Positions 1 to 10,041 of a stretch of 64,000 nt of DNA are shown piece by piece. The position numbers and the translations under genes were made by a program. The notes under the pieces are model-generated. The model was not told the DNA's origin and searched no databases. It worked only from the letters and a program-made list of their open reading frames with translations. Source of the DNA: Desulfatiglandales bacterium (GTDB lineage: Bacteria > Desulfobacterota > DSM-4660 > Desulfatiglandales > Desulfatiglandaceae). The stretch is from contig OY762721.1 of assembly GCA_963666345.1 (NCBI GenBank), forward strand, positions 3,552,001 through 3,616,000, in the 5' to 3' direction. Every line of letters starts with the position of its first letter. Position 1 is the first letter of the stretch.

Positions 1-193
1 TGATAGACAGGCACGAATTGAAATTAAGAGTGCCTTAAATTATGAAGCAGCTCTGCTTTGCTTTTTTTTCGATGCGGCGGAATGTTTTAACTTTGATGTA
101 TTTGAAAAACGAAATCAGGACGGTAAGCCGAAAAGCCCTCCCTTCGGGCCGGGGCATGAGGGCCGTCGGAATTTTGGAATGGTGTTTTAAACC

Positions 194-2188
194 ATGAGTC
201 TTATCAACGTGATCAAGGTGTCTCTCTGCTTTGCAGACAGGGAGATATTCAGGGATATCGGGTTTCAGGTCGAACCGGGTGAAAAAATAGGTCTCATCGG
301 GCCGAACGGGGCCGGTAAGACTACCCTTTTGAGGCTTCTCAATGAAGAGGTAGTCCCGGACAGCGGTGAGGTGCGGGCGGCAAAAGGGGTGTCCATGGGT
401 TATCTTTCGCAGGACGTGCAGGAGATATTGTCAGGCCCCCTTCTTGAATCCGTGCTCAATTCCGTGCCGGGCAGGACCGGCCTTGGCAGGAGACTTGAAA
501 AGACTGAAAAGGAGCTGGCGGCGGCGCAGACCCCCGAAGACCAGTCGTTTCTGGGCGAGCGGCTTGCCGAGCTTCACCAGGACAAAAGCACCCTGGACTT
601 CCGGTTCCCGCGCCATGAGGCGGAAAAGATCCTCGCGGGTCTCGGGTTTCATGAAAAGGATTTTTCTTCACCCGTTTCCTCGCTCAGCGGAGGCTGGAAG
701 ACAAGGGCCGCTCTTGCGAGCATCCTGTACCGGGCACCTGATCTGCTCCTTCTTGATGAGCCCACCAACCACCTGGACATCCCCTCTGTTCACTGGCTCG
801 AGCAGTTCCTGCAGGGGTTCAGGGGTGCGGTGATGCTCGTGTCGCATGACAGGGAATTCCTGAACCGGCAGGTGGGCCGCATCTTCAGCTTTGAGCCGGA
901 GGGGATGAGAATCTATACAGGCAATTATGACTTTTATCTCAAGACAAGGCAGGAGGAAAAGAGGCTCCTTGAGGCAAAGGCCAGGAAGCAGGATCAGAAG
1001 GTAAAAGACGCGCAGAAGTTTATCGACAGATTCCGCTCCAAGGCGAGCAAGGCCAGACAGGCCCAGAGCAAGATAAAGCTTGTCCGGAAGATGGAGATAA
1101 TAGACACCCACAAAAGGGAGAAGTCGATACATTTCTCATTCCCGGCCGTTAAAAGGAGCGGAAGGGATGTGGTCAGGATCAGCGGGGTGACCAAGAGTTT
1201 CGGTGACAACTGCCTCTACCGGGGGCTTGATATGCGGGTTTCGAGGGGGGAGAGGATCGCCCTGATCGGCCCCAATGGATGCGGAAAGACGACCCTTCTG
1301 CGCATCATCGCAGGTGAGATAAAAAGTGACGAAGGAGAGATCTCTCTCGGGCAGGGCGTGGAAATGGGTTATTTCGCCCAGCACCACTCCGACATGCTCA
1401 ATCCCGGCAACACCGTGCTTGAAGAGGTCTACCAGGTTGTTCCCGGGGAGAGCCTCAGCTTTGTGAGAGGGGTGTGCGGTGCCTTTCTGTTTTCCGGAAA
1501 TGACGTGGATAAGCCGGTGCATGTGCTTTCAGGGGGGGAAAGGGCGCGCGTATCACTTGCCAAACTCCTCTTGAAACCGGGTAATCTGATGGTAATGGAT
1601 GAGCCCACGAACCACCTCGATTTAAGCTCCTCCGAGATCCTCATAAAGGCGCTCGGCGAATATGACGGTACCCTGCTTTTTGTTTCCCATAACCAGTTTT
1701 TCATAAACAGTCTCGCCACAAGGATATGGGACATGACCGGAGGGGATCTTGTGGAGTATCCGGGAAACCTGAGTGAATACTACCGTCACCTTGATGAGCG
1801 GGAGAAGATCGATGATGACCACAATAGCGGCGCTGGACCTGACGTGAATGGTGCCAGCCAGGATTCCGATCTCAAAAAGGGGATGAGTAAAAAGGATCAG
1901 AAACGGGAACGGGCCGAAAGACGGAAATTTATAAGTGAAAGACTCGGACCTGTACAGGCGGAACTGGACAGTATCGAGGAGAGTATCGAGGGGCTTGAGA
2001 CAAGGCAGAAAGAGGTCGAAAAACAGCTTGCGGATCCCGATCTTTTCAGCGATAAAAACAGGAGTGTTCCGCTCATGAAGGAGTACGGCATGATACGCGA
2101 AAAACAGGAGAGCCTCCTTGTCAGGTGGGAGGAATACCAGGAAAAACTGGAGGCGGTCAAAGAGGAACTTGAAATAGGGGAGGGATAG
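194..2188 (+). CDS. ABC-F family ATPase (Uup/YheS-like) with C-terminal coiled coil
   Basis: Two ABC cassettes (GPNGAGKT, LSGGW, LLLLDEPTNHLD; GPNGCGKT, LSGGE, DEPTNHLD), no TM segments. Confidence 0.93.
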   Translation: MSLINVIKVSLCFADREIFRDIGFQVEPGEKIGLIGPNGAGKTTLLRLLNEEVVPDSGEVRAAKGVSMGYLSQDVQEILSGPLLESVLNSVPGRTGLGRRLEKTEKELAAAQTPEDQSFLGERLAELHQDKSTLDFRFPRHEAEKILAGLGFHEKDFSSPVSSLSGGWKTRAALASILYRAPDLLLLDEPTNHLDIPSVHWLEQFLQGFRGAVMLVSHDREFLNRQVGRIFSFEPEGMRIYTGNYDFYLKTRQEEKRLLEAKARKQDQKVKDAQKFIDRFRSKASKARQAQSKIKLVRKMEIIDTHKREKSIHFSFPAVKRSGRDVVRISGVTKSFGDNCLYRGLDMRVSRGERIALIGPNGCGKTTLLRIIAGEIKSDEGEISLGQGVEMGYFAQHHSDMLNPGNTVLEEVYQVVPGESLSFVRGVCGAFLFSGNDVDKPVHVLSGGERARVSLAKLLLKPGNLMVMDEPTNHLDLSSSEILIKALGEYDGTLLFVSHNQFFINSLATRIWDMTGGDLVEYPGNLSEYYRHLDEREKIDDDHNSGAGPDVNGASQDSDLKKGMSKKDQKRERAERRKFISERLGPVQAELDSIEESIEGLETRQKEVEKQLADPDLFSDKNRSVPLMKEYGMIREKQESLLVRWEEYQEKLEAVKEELEIGEG

Positions 2189-2191
2189 CCT

Positions 2192-2524
2192 TTGAAGATA
2201 AAAGAGGAACATATGAGGCTGTTGAACGGTATCGGTTTAAAGGCCGAAGACATGGAGCTTTTTGACGGGAAACTGGTCGGTTACGAATATGACGACAAAA
2301 AAGGCGTGCGGCTGTATGATCCCCTCTATCAGACCTCGTATGATGAATACATAGGAATCGACGGCTGGAGCGCCTGGAGCAGTGAAGATGACTCCTTCAT
2401 GAGCGATCTGATGAGGGCTAGCGAAAAAGGCCTCCGGGATATTGAAAAAAAAGAGGTCCCTGAAGGTGAAATAGAAGGGGCGCTTAAGAAGAAATTCTCT
2501 CCTTCATCTGAAGATCCCGAATAG
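2192..2524 (+). CDS. Hypothetical acidic protein
   Basis: 110-aa ORF directly after ABC-F, same strand; start uncertain (TTG 2192 or ATG 2213). Confidence 0.6.
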   Translation: MKIKEEHMRLLNGIGLKAEDMELFDGKLVGYEYDDKKGVRLYDPLYQTSYDEYIGIDGWSAWSSEDDSFMSDLMRASEKGLRDIEKKEVPEGEIEGALKKKFSPSSEDPE

Positions 2525-2601
2525 CCGGGGGCCTTGCAGGTCAGCCTTATAAAGGCCTTCCAGTCAATCCATAGCCCGGTGCGGTTTCAAGGATAACCGA
2601 C

Positions 2602-5499
2602 ATGAATCTTTCCTCATTCAGCGACCATATTAAAAGACACCATGAATTCGGCGACGCGTTCGCCTTTTACAAGCATATAGCCCCTAAAAAGGCCCTGTTC
2701 GGCGACAGTATAATTCTTTCTCCTCAGATTTCCTCCGCCATGAAGGAGGCGGGCATAAACGGGCTTTACAGCCATCAGACAGAGGCGATAGGGCATATAA
2801 GAAACCGGGAAAACGTCCTTGTGTCCACCCCGACCGCAAGCGGAAAGAGCCTTATCTACAATACGGTTGTGACGGAAGATATCTGTGAAAAGGGCGATTC
2901 AAAGGCACTCTATATCTTTCCATTAAAGGCGCTTGAACAGGATCAGATGAAAAATCTTGCGACCTGGCTTGCCGCATCGGGCGCGGACCGGATCAGGGCC
3001 GAGATATATGACGGGGATACAAGCGCCTACAAGAGAAAGAAGATAAGGACCAGCCCCCCCGATATACTCTTTACCAATCCTGATATGCTTCACAGGGCCA
3101 TCCTTTCTCATCATCAGGCCTGGGAGGCGTTTTTGAGCCGTCTCAACTTTGTGGTGCTTGACGAGGTGCATACCTACAGGGGTATCTTCGGCTCCCATGT
3201 AAATCAGGTGATAGGCAGACTCAAGAGGCTCTGCCGTCATTACGGCTCGGATCCTCGATTCATATTGCTTTCAGCCACGGTGGCCAATCCGGAGCAGTTC
3301 GGCCGAAGCCTGATAGGTGAGGATGTGAGGGTGGTCGAATCAGACGGAGCCCCAAGGGCGGCCCGGCATTTTTTATTCCTGAACCCGATGAGCAGCGCCA
3401 ATTTTTCAGCTGCGAGGCTCTTTGCGGAATGCCTTAAAAACGGGTTTCGCACCATCGCCTTTACCCAGTCAAGGAAGGTAACCGAGCTGATCCATTTGTG
3501 GGCGTCCCAGCTTCTGCCCCGGCTTAAGGACAAGATCTGCTCATACAGGGCAGGGTTCATGCCGGAGGAAAGAAGGGTAATCGAAAAGAGGCTGGCCTCA
3601 GGGAAGCTTCTGGGGGTGGTTTCCACAAGTGCACTTGAGATGGGAATCGACATAGGTTCTCTCGATGTATGCCTGCTTGTGGGATATCCGGGTACGGTCA
3701 TAAACACCTGGCAGAGGGGGGGCAGGGTAGGCCGCTCAGGCAGGGAATCGATGGTCATACTTGTGGCAAAGCCTGATGCCCTGGATCAATATTTCATGAA
3801 ATATCCGGAGGAATTCTTTGGAAGATCCTACGAGTCGGCGGTCCTGGACCCGAATAACCCCCATGTGGTGGGGGCGCATCTTGTATGCGCGGCGGACGAG
3901 ATGCCCATCACGTTGAGTGACGCCAGATACTGGCCCAGCGGCCTTGAGGCGATGCTTGAAAGGCTTGACCTTGAGGGGAGACTTCAAAGGACGGCGGAAG
4001 GCGAGCCCATGTGGTTTTCCTCAAGAAGAAATCCCCACAGAAATGTGGATCTCAGATCAAGCGGCGATACCTACACCATCTTTAATGCGGCCACCGGAAG
4101 TGCGGTGGGCACCGTGGACGGTATGCGGGCGTTCAAGGAGTGCCACCCGGGCGCGGTCTATCTTCACATGGCCCGTCAGTACTGTGTTGAAAGGCTTATC
4201 CTGGATAAAAGGGATATAATCGTCCGGCCGGTAAAGGAAAGATATTTTACCCGCGCCAGGAGTGAAAAGGATACCGAGATAATAAGGACTGTCAGGAGCA
4301 GACCCTGCGGGCAATTTCTGATCCGCGAGGGTGAGCTGAAAGTGACCGAAAAGGTTACAGGTTATGAAAAAAGGGCCCTGCCGGGACAGGAACTGCTCGG
4401 GGTGTTTGATCTCGACCTGCCGTCCCAGACATTTGACGGGAGGGGTTTCTGGATAGAAATAGAGGATTTCATTAAGGCGTACGTGGAGGCTGCCGGATAT
4501 AATTTCATGGGCGGAATCCATGCCATAGAGCATGCCGCCATAGGGATCTTTCCCTTATTCGCCCTTTGTGACAGAAATGACATAGGAGGAATCTGCTATC
4601 CATATCACCCGCAGGTAGGAAAAAGCGCCATCTTTATCTATGATTCCTATCCGGGCGGGGTGGGGCTTGCTTCAAGAGGGTATGATATAATATCGGAACT
4701 GCTGGCCAGGACCCTGAAACTCATAAGGGAGTGCGAGTGCGAGGATGGGTGTCCGTCATGCATTCATTCTCCGAAATGCGGTTCAGGCAATAAACCGCTC
4801 GACAAAGCTGCGGCCGTCGTCATAATCGATTGTCTTCTTGGTAACATTGCCATGGAGGAGATATGCGAGTGCGAGGTGGAAGAAATGCCTCCCCTGTCCA
4901 CCCCTGTTGCAGAAAAAGGGCGGGAGGTCAAACCAAGGGTCCTTTATCTTGATATCGAGACGCAAAGGAGCGCAAAAGAGGTGGGCGGGTGGAACATGTG
5001 CCATCTCATGGGTGTGTCTGTCGCGGTTTTGTATGACGGGCTGGAAGGGCGCTATCATGCCTTTTACGAGCAGGATATGGATGCGCTGTTCGAATATCTT
5101 GAGAAAGGGGACCTTGTGGTAGGATTCAACATAAAGGCCTTTGACTACAAGGTGCTGGAGGCCTATTCAAACGGGGGGCTCGGTCGTTTGCCGACCTTTG
5201 ATATACTGGAGGATGTCTACGCAAGACTCGGTTATCGGCTGGGGCTCGACCATCTGGCGAGCGAGACACTGGGAAAGGGCAAAAGTGCCGACGGGCTTCA
5301 GGCCCTTGAGTGGTTCAAGAAAGGTGAGATGGAAAAGCTCACCAAATACTGCAGGCAGGATGTCAGGGCCACAAGGGACCTTTTCCTGTACGGCCTTGAA
5401 AAGGGGCATCTTGTTTACAGGAAAAAGGGGGAGGACAAAAAGATGAGACTCCTTGTCGACTGGAGCCTTGAGGAGCTTTTGAAGTCCTCGATTCCTTGA
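2602..5499 (+). CDS. DEAD/DEAH helicase with DUF1998 (MrfA/YprA/Hrq-like) fused to C-terminal DEDD exonuclease (RNase_H_2/YprB-like)
   Basis: PTASGKS, DEVH, SAT, QRGGRVGR; CECEDGCPSC Zn site; C-terminal YLDIET, GFNIKAFD, YCRQD. Confidence 0.9.
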   Translation: MNLSSFSDHIKRHHEFGDAFAFYKHIAPKKALFGDSIILSPQISSAMKEAGINGLYSHQTEAIGHIRNRENVLVSTPTASGKSLIYNTVVTEDICEKGDSKALYIFPLKALEQDQMKNLATWLAASGADRIRAEIYDGDTSAYKRKKIRTSPPDILFTNPDMLHRAILSHHQAWEAFLSRLNFVVLDEVHTYRGIFGSHVNQVIGRLKRLCRHYGSDPRFILLSATVANPEQFGRSLIGEDVRVVESDGAPRAARHFLFLNPMSSANFSAARLFAECLKNGFRTIAFTQSRKVTELIHLWASQLLPRLKDKICSYRAGFMPEERRVIEKRLASGKLLGVVSTSALEMGIDIGSLDVCLLVGYPGTVINTWQRGGRVGRSGRESMVILVAKPDALDQYFMKYPEEFFGRSYESAVLDPNNPHVVGAHLVCAADEMPITLSDARYWPSGLEAMLERLDLEGRLQRTAEGEPMWFSSRRNPHRNVDLRSSGDTYTIFNAATGSAVGTVDGMRAFKECHPGAVYLHMARQYCVERLILDKRDIIVRPVKERYFTRARSEKDTEIIRTVRSRPCGQFLIREGELKVTEKVTGYEKRALPGQELLGVFDLDLPSQTFDGRGFWIEIEDFIKAYVEAAGYNFMGGIHAIEHAAIGIFPLFALCDRNDIGGICYPYHPQVGKSAIFIYDSYPGGVGLASRGYDIISELLARTLKLIRECECEDGCPSCIHSPKCGSGNKPLDKAAAVVIIDCLLGNIAMEEICECEVEEMPPLSTPVAEKGREVKPRVLYLDIETQRSAKEVGGWNMCHLMGVSVAVLYDGLEGRYHAFYEQDMDALFEYLEKGDLVVGFNIKAFDYKVLEAYSNGGLGRLPTFDILEDVYARLGYRLGLDHLASETLGKGKSADGLQALEWFKKGEMEKLTKYCRQDVRATRDLFLYGLEKGHLVYRKKGEDKKMRLLVDWSLEELLKSSIP

Positions 5500-5942
5500 C
5501 CCCATGGACGCCGTTGCAAAACTTAGTCGGAGAAAAAACAGATTTTATGTCTAAAAGAGAAAAGGGCGGGCTTATGAAGGCCTTTGAATGCAGGAGGTGC
5601 GGGCGGTGTTGCTATGGGGAGGGCGGAATATCTCTGAAAAAAGACGAGATAGGACGGATCTCACGTTTTCTGGAAATATCCGAGGAAGATTTTCTTGAGC
5701 GCTTTTGTGAGAAAAGAAACGGGAAAGACTATATCAGGACCGGGGATGACAGATACTGCATCTTCTATGACAGGGAAAAACTCTGTCTTATACACACGGT
5801 AAAGCCTGAGTCATGTTCTCTGTGGCCCTTTTATCCGGGCAATCTGAAAGACGAGGAGAGCTGGAGACTCACTCGGAACGCCTGCCCCGGTATTAATAAA
5901 GAGTGCTCATTTGAGGATTTCAAGAAGGAGGCAGGAAAATGA
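5496..5942 (+). CDS. YkgJ family CxxCxxCC cysteine-cluster protein
   Basis: FECRRCGRCC, CIFYD..C.IH..KP..C..WPF; true start may be 5547 or 5574. Confidence 0.85.
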   Translation: MTPWTPLQNLVGEKTDFMSKREKGGLMKAFECRRCGRCCYGEGGISLKKDEIGRISRFLEISEEDFLERFCEKRNGKDYIRTGDDRYCIFYDREKLCLIHTVKPESCSLWPFYPGNLKDEESWRLTRNACPGINKECSFEDFKKEAGK

Positions 5943-6670
5943 ACCTTTTGGCGGGGTTCATGGATCTTATCTATCCCCCTCGCTGCCCCATATGCCTTTC
6001 ATTCCTTTCAAAGGACGGGACACATGGCAAAGAACCTTTCTGCGAACAATGTCTGAAGGGTTTTGATCGGATACATCCCCCCCTGTGCCCGGTGTGCGGT
6101 ACTCCGCACGGCTCCGACAGGCAGACCGATCATCTGTGCGGGGAATGTCACATAAAAAGGCCCTTTTATGAAATCTGCCGCGCCCCTTATCTCTACAGGG
6201 GGGCCGCGATGACGGCCGTGCATGTCTTCAAGTACGGACAGAAGCTTATCCTGGGAGATCAGCTGGGCGTGCTGCTTGCCGATTTCGCGCAGGAGTGGAT
6301 AGGGGGCATTGAGAACCTTCTGGTCATGCCTGTCCCGCTCCATCCGGCAAGGCTTAGACAGAGGGGATTCAACCAGAGCCTTGTTCTGGCAAGGCATGTA
6401 GCCGGGCGGCTGGGGGCGGAACTGGATTTTCTCTCTCTCAGAAGGATCAAAAAGACGCTTCCTCAGACCGGACTGGGTAAAAAGGAGAGAAAAAGAAACG
6501 TCAATGGTGCCTTCGCACTTGAGAACATTTCAAGGGTCAGGGGAAGGAGCGTGCTGCTTATCGATGATGTTTCAACAACCGGAAACACCCTGAGCCAGTG
6601 CGCGCTGGCCCTAAAAAAGGGAAAGGCGAAAGAGGTCTTCTGCTTGGTGTTTGCAAGGGCTGTGAATTAG
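5939..6670 (+). CDS. comF: ComF family protein (double Zn ribbon + PRTase domain)
   Basis: CxxC pairs, PVPLH..RL..RGFNQS, LLIDDVSTTGNT. Confidence 0.9.
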   Translation: MNLLAGFMDLIYPPRCPICLSFLSKDGTHGKEPFCEQCLKGFDRIHPPLCPVCGTPHGSDRQTDHLCGECHIKRPFYEICRAPYLYRGAAMTAVHVFKYGQKLILGDQLGVLLADFAQEWIGGIENLLVMPVPLHPARLRQRGFNQSLVLARHVAGRLGAELDFLSLRRIKKTLPQTGLGKKERKRNVNGAFALENISRVRGRSVLLIDDVSTTGNTLSQCALALKKGKAKEVFCLVFARAVN

Positions 6671-6754
6671 GTTGTGTTCATCCATAAATCAAGATTTATG
6701 GACTCATGCTGTCAGCAATCAGCTCTCAGCTGTCAGTAAAAATAAGGAGAAGTT

Positions 6755-7243
6755 ATGGAGAAATACAGGCTCAAGATAATGGAACTTGATGCGCTCAAGG
6801 CTGAGCGTGATCTCTTAAGGGATTCGGGCAAAAGGGTCGTATTTACAAACGGCTGCTTTGATATCCTGCACCCGGGCCACAGCAGGTACCTGAGCGCCGC
6901 AAGGGGGCTTGGGGATCATCTCATAGTTGCGGTAAACAGCGACCGTTCGGTAAAAAGGATAAAGGGCCCCAAAAGGCCCGTGTTTTCCGAGGACGCAAGG
7001 GCGGAGATGTTGGCGGCTCTGAGCTTTGTTGACAGGGTCACCATATTCGATGAGGAAACGCCCCTTGAACTCATTACCCTTCTTCTGCCCGACATCCTTG
7101 TCAAAGGCGGAGACTGGGGAGAGGATGAGATAGTAGGAGCCGATGTGGTAAAGGCTGCGGGAGGTGAGGTAAGACGAATACCCTTTGTGGATGGTTATTC
7201 AACCACGGGGATAATCGAAAGGATCATCTCAGAAGAGGATTAA
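6755..7243 (+). CDS. rfaE2: D-glycero-beta-D-manno-heptose 1-phosphate adenylyltransferase (RfaE domain II)
   Basis: [41 protein letters not shown]. Confidence 0.92.
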   Translation: MEKYRLKIMELDALKAERDLLRDSGKRVVFTNGCFDILHPGHSRYLSAARGLGDHLIVAVNSDRSVKRIKGPKRPVFSEDARAEMLAALSFVDRVTIFDEETPLELITLLLPDILVKGGDWGEDEIVGADVVKAAGGEVRRIPFVDGYSTTGIIERIISEED

Positions 7244-7379
7244 AGGCCCGGCCTGTCTGGATGCGGGGATTGGAGTGGGATGCCATGGGGAAAAATGGTA
7301 TGGCAGCGGGAAGATATTTTATGTCATGATCTATTGCCAAAGATATTTTTCTGTGATATTGAATATTGTTTAATTTCAT

Positions 7380-7456
<77 letters not shown>

Positions 7457-7465
7457 GTAATATCA

Positions 7466-7499
7466 ATGACTTATCACTTTTGCGACAAGTCATTTTTTT
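7466..7499 (+). terminator. Hairpin plus T-run after the tRNA
   Basis: aatgactt...aagtcatt followed by a T-run. Confidence 0.5.
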
Positions 7500-7560
7500 A
7501 TTTTTGATGTGGTTTTGCCATAATTTTGCCAAAATTCAACCTAACTAATTTTACCCATCG

Positions 7561-8868
7561 TTAATCTTGGCCCTCTGAAAGAGCCTTATTAAATGCATGA
7601 CCGTGGTTATTTTGGCTATTAGATCCGTTGTACTTGGCATAGACCTTGATAATCATTTCAGTGTTTCGATGTCCCATGACATCTGCTAGCCACAATGGAT
7701 CTTCCCCTTGACTTAAACACAAAGTTGCAAAACTATGTCTTGTCTGTCTCATTTCCCTAGGTTTGATCCCAGCTTTTTCCAAGGCCGGCTTCCAGACCCG
7801 TTCCCGAAGATTGTTGCTATCAATCCGTTTCCCGGTAGTGGCGCAGAAAAAGTATTCGCCTTTGAATTTACTGTATATCTTATGCTGTTCGTCAATTGCC
7901 TGACGCATTACAGGGATCATTTTAATAGTTCGCCTGCTACGGCGATTTTTTGTCCTTCCTTCTACCTTTTGCCCATTCTCATCAAGGGTCATTGCGCTTT
8001 TTATCCGGAAAGAATTTTCTGACCAGTTAATGTCTTCAGGCTTGAGAGCGATCTGTTCTCCCTGCCTTACTCCGGTAGAAAAGGCAAATTTAAAAAAAGG
8101 TCTCCAGTGGGAAGGACAGCTAGAAATTATTTTTCGTTGCTCTTCAATTGAGAAGGGGAATATCTTTTCACTAGGATCGTCCTCCTCCAGACTTTTAAAT
8201 TTGTCGAATGGATTGTAGTTATCTCCCCATCCATACTTAATAGATGCACTGTTGCAAACAGACCTCAGAGGTATGAAGATTTTATTGATGGTGGCATTTG
8301 CGATTTCCTTTTTGCGGAGACACAGTTTGCGCACCCAGACGATAAATTCATCAAAAAGGACAGGATTGAGTTCCGCAAAGGTCATATCACCGAAGAAAGG
8401 TTTGAGGTAAAGATCGATATGACTCTTATATCCTAGAAGTGTCCTTCCTGTAACCTTGCCGGAACCTTTTCGCAATCCATACCATATATCAAAATAGTCT
8501 TTTAAAAATACCTCCTCTGGACACTTCTTGTCTCCCGATAGAGCCCTTTCCTTCTCGGTAAAATAATTTGCCTTTTTGCTATGATGGAAGACATCAGCAA
8601 ACCTAAAGGTACCTGAGTCGATTTCCACAGTGATTTTATCGAGCTGACTCCTGACAACCCTGGCATTTTTAGCATTCCAGGGAAGGCCTGCTGGTTCTCG
8701 AACCCTTTCTCCCAAATAGATAAAATCTACATAGACCTTATTGTTGACTTTTCTCACAGAGCCTTGCTTATTTTGATTCAGGCCTGATTTCCTGCCAGGT
8801 CTTTCTGGTTTAAGGGTTTTAGGTAAGGATAAAATTTCTTTTGCCTGTGTATCCTTATTATTTTGCAT
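7561..8868 (-). CDS. Tyrosine recombinase/integrase with N-terminal arm-binding domain
   Basis: TGVRQGE (R), QTRHSF, MGH, VYAKY catalytic motifs; next to tRNA. Confidence 0.93.
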   Translation of the reverse strand: MQNNKDTQAKEILSLPKTLKPERPGRKSGLNQNKQGSVRKVNNKVYVDFIYLGERVREPAGLPWNAKNARVVRSQLDKITVEIDSGTFRFADVFHHSKKANYFTEKERALSGDKKCPEEVFLKDYFDIWYGLRKGSGKVTGRTLLGYKSHIDLYLKPFFGDMTFAELNPVLFDEFIVWVRKLCLRKKEIANATINKIFIPLRSVCNSASIKYGWGDNYNPFDKFKSLEEDDPSEKIFPFSIEEQRKIISSCPSHWRPFFKFAFSTGVRQGEQIALKPEDINWSENSFRIKSAMTLDENGQKVEGRTKNRRSRRTIKMIPVMRQAIDEQHKIYSKFKGEYFFCATTGKRIDSNNLRERVWKPALEKAGIKPREMRQTRHSFATLCLSQGEDPLWLADVMGHRNTEMIIKVYAKYNGSNSQNNHGHAFNKALSEGQD

Positions 8869-8964
8869 CTCAAGCTCCCTTCATATACCCCACCTCCTTC
8901 CTTTGATTTTCGCCATCATTATTCTACTAGATAGTGAACCATAATAAAAGGCGGCGGGTCAAAT

Positions 8965-9206
8965 TTATATGTTTATCAGATTGTCAGATCCCTTCCTTGA
9001 ATTAGCATTCAAAATGGTTTCATCTCTGGAAGGGATGTCGTCAAGAATGCTAGTTTCAACTTTTTCGCCAAGCATCCACCTTTTAATTGCCTCCATGTTA
9101 AACAGTAAGAGCTTTCTCGTGGGCTTGCAGTAGTGATAATTTTTAATAAAAATGCCTCGATATATCATATTGTAAATACTTCTTTTTTTTAATTTTGTTA
9201 ATTCGC
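8965..9206 (-). pseudogene. Excisionase/AlpA-like HTH protein, 5' end cut by IS21
   Basis: ELTKLKKRSIYNMIY..HY.KP..LLLFNMEAIKRW directly upstream of the integrase; the listed ORF N-terminus (MGQFWTP...) is IS21 terminal repeat sequence. Confidence 0.7.
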
Positions 9207-9309
9207 TGTCAATAGGCGTTGAAAATTGACCCATCATCGGCGTCCAAAATTGACCCACCCCTGAGAAAAAAATATGGTTAAATAGTTGAGTAGTTGATCC
9301 CTTCTTTAT

Positions 9310-10041
9310 CTATGAAGCTGCGTGTTTCATTCTCCAGCTTTCGTTACCTGTTTCTATAATTTCACAATGATGAGTCAACCGATCAAGCATGGCCGTAGTC
9401 ATTTTTTTATCTCCAAAGACTTGGGGCCATTCACCGAAGGTCAAGTTGGTGGTGATTACTATGGATGTCTGTTCGTAGAGTTTTGATATAAGATGAAAGA
9501 GCAGTTGACTGCCGTTTTTGGAAAAAGGCAGATAACCCAGTTCATCGAGGACCACAAGATCAAATCGAAGTAGTCTTGCTGTGATTTTGCCGGCCAATCC
9601 AATCATTTTCTCCTGCTCAAGCTCATTTGCCAGATCCACCAGGTTATAAAACTTGCACTTCCTGCCATTCCTTATGGCCTGGGCCGCTATAGTTATGGCT
9701 AAATGGGTTTTGCCCGTACCGGTGCCACCTACAAAAATCAGGTTGATATGTTCGGCTATAAAATCACCCTGATAAATAGACCTAATCTGGGCTTCATCAA
9801 CACAGGCCCCGTTAAAATCAAAGCCATCGATATCTTTAAGGACAGGAAACCTGGCCTGTCCCATACGATATCGGATACTCCTTATATATCTTTCGGCAGC
9901 TTCAGCCTTGAGCAGTTCCAGGATTACCTTTTCAGGCGTTGAATGGCTCTTGCGTCCATTGGAGACAACTTCATCATAAATGGACTGCATACCCCGCAAC
10001 TTTAGTTTTTCCATCTGGTCCATGATATCATTGCGCAGCAT
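9310..10041 (-). CDS. istB: IS21 helper ATPase IstB
   Basis: [24 protein letters not shown]. Confidence 0.95.
   Translation of the reverse strand: MLRNDIMDQMEKLKLRGMQSIYDEVVSNGRKSHSTPEKVILELLKAEAAERYIRSIRYRMGQARFPVLKDIDGFDFNGACVDEAQIRSIYQGDFIAEHINLIFVGGTGTGKTHLAITIAAQAIRNGRKCKFYNLVDLANELEQEKMIGLAGKITARLLRFDLVVLDELGYLPFSKNGSQLLFHLISKLYEQTSIVITTNLTFGEWPQVFGDKKMTTAMLDRLTHHCEIIETGNESWRMKHAAS

Noticed and set aside
6681..6736. TCCATAAATC-AA-GATTTATGGA dyad and TCAGC short repeats between comF and rfaE2
   Set aside because: Single short occurrence, compatible with a terminator or simple repeat; no further support
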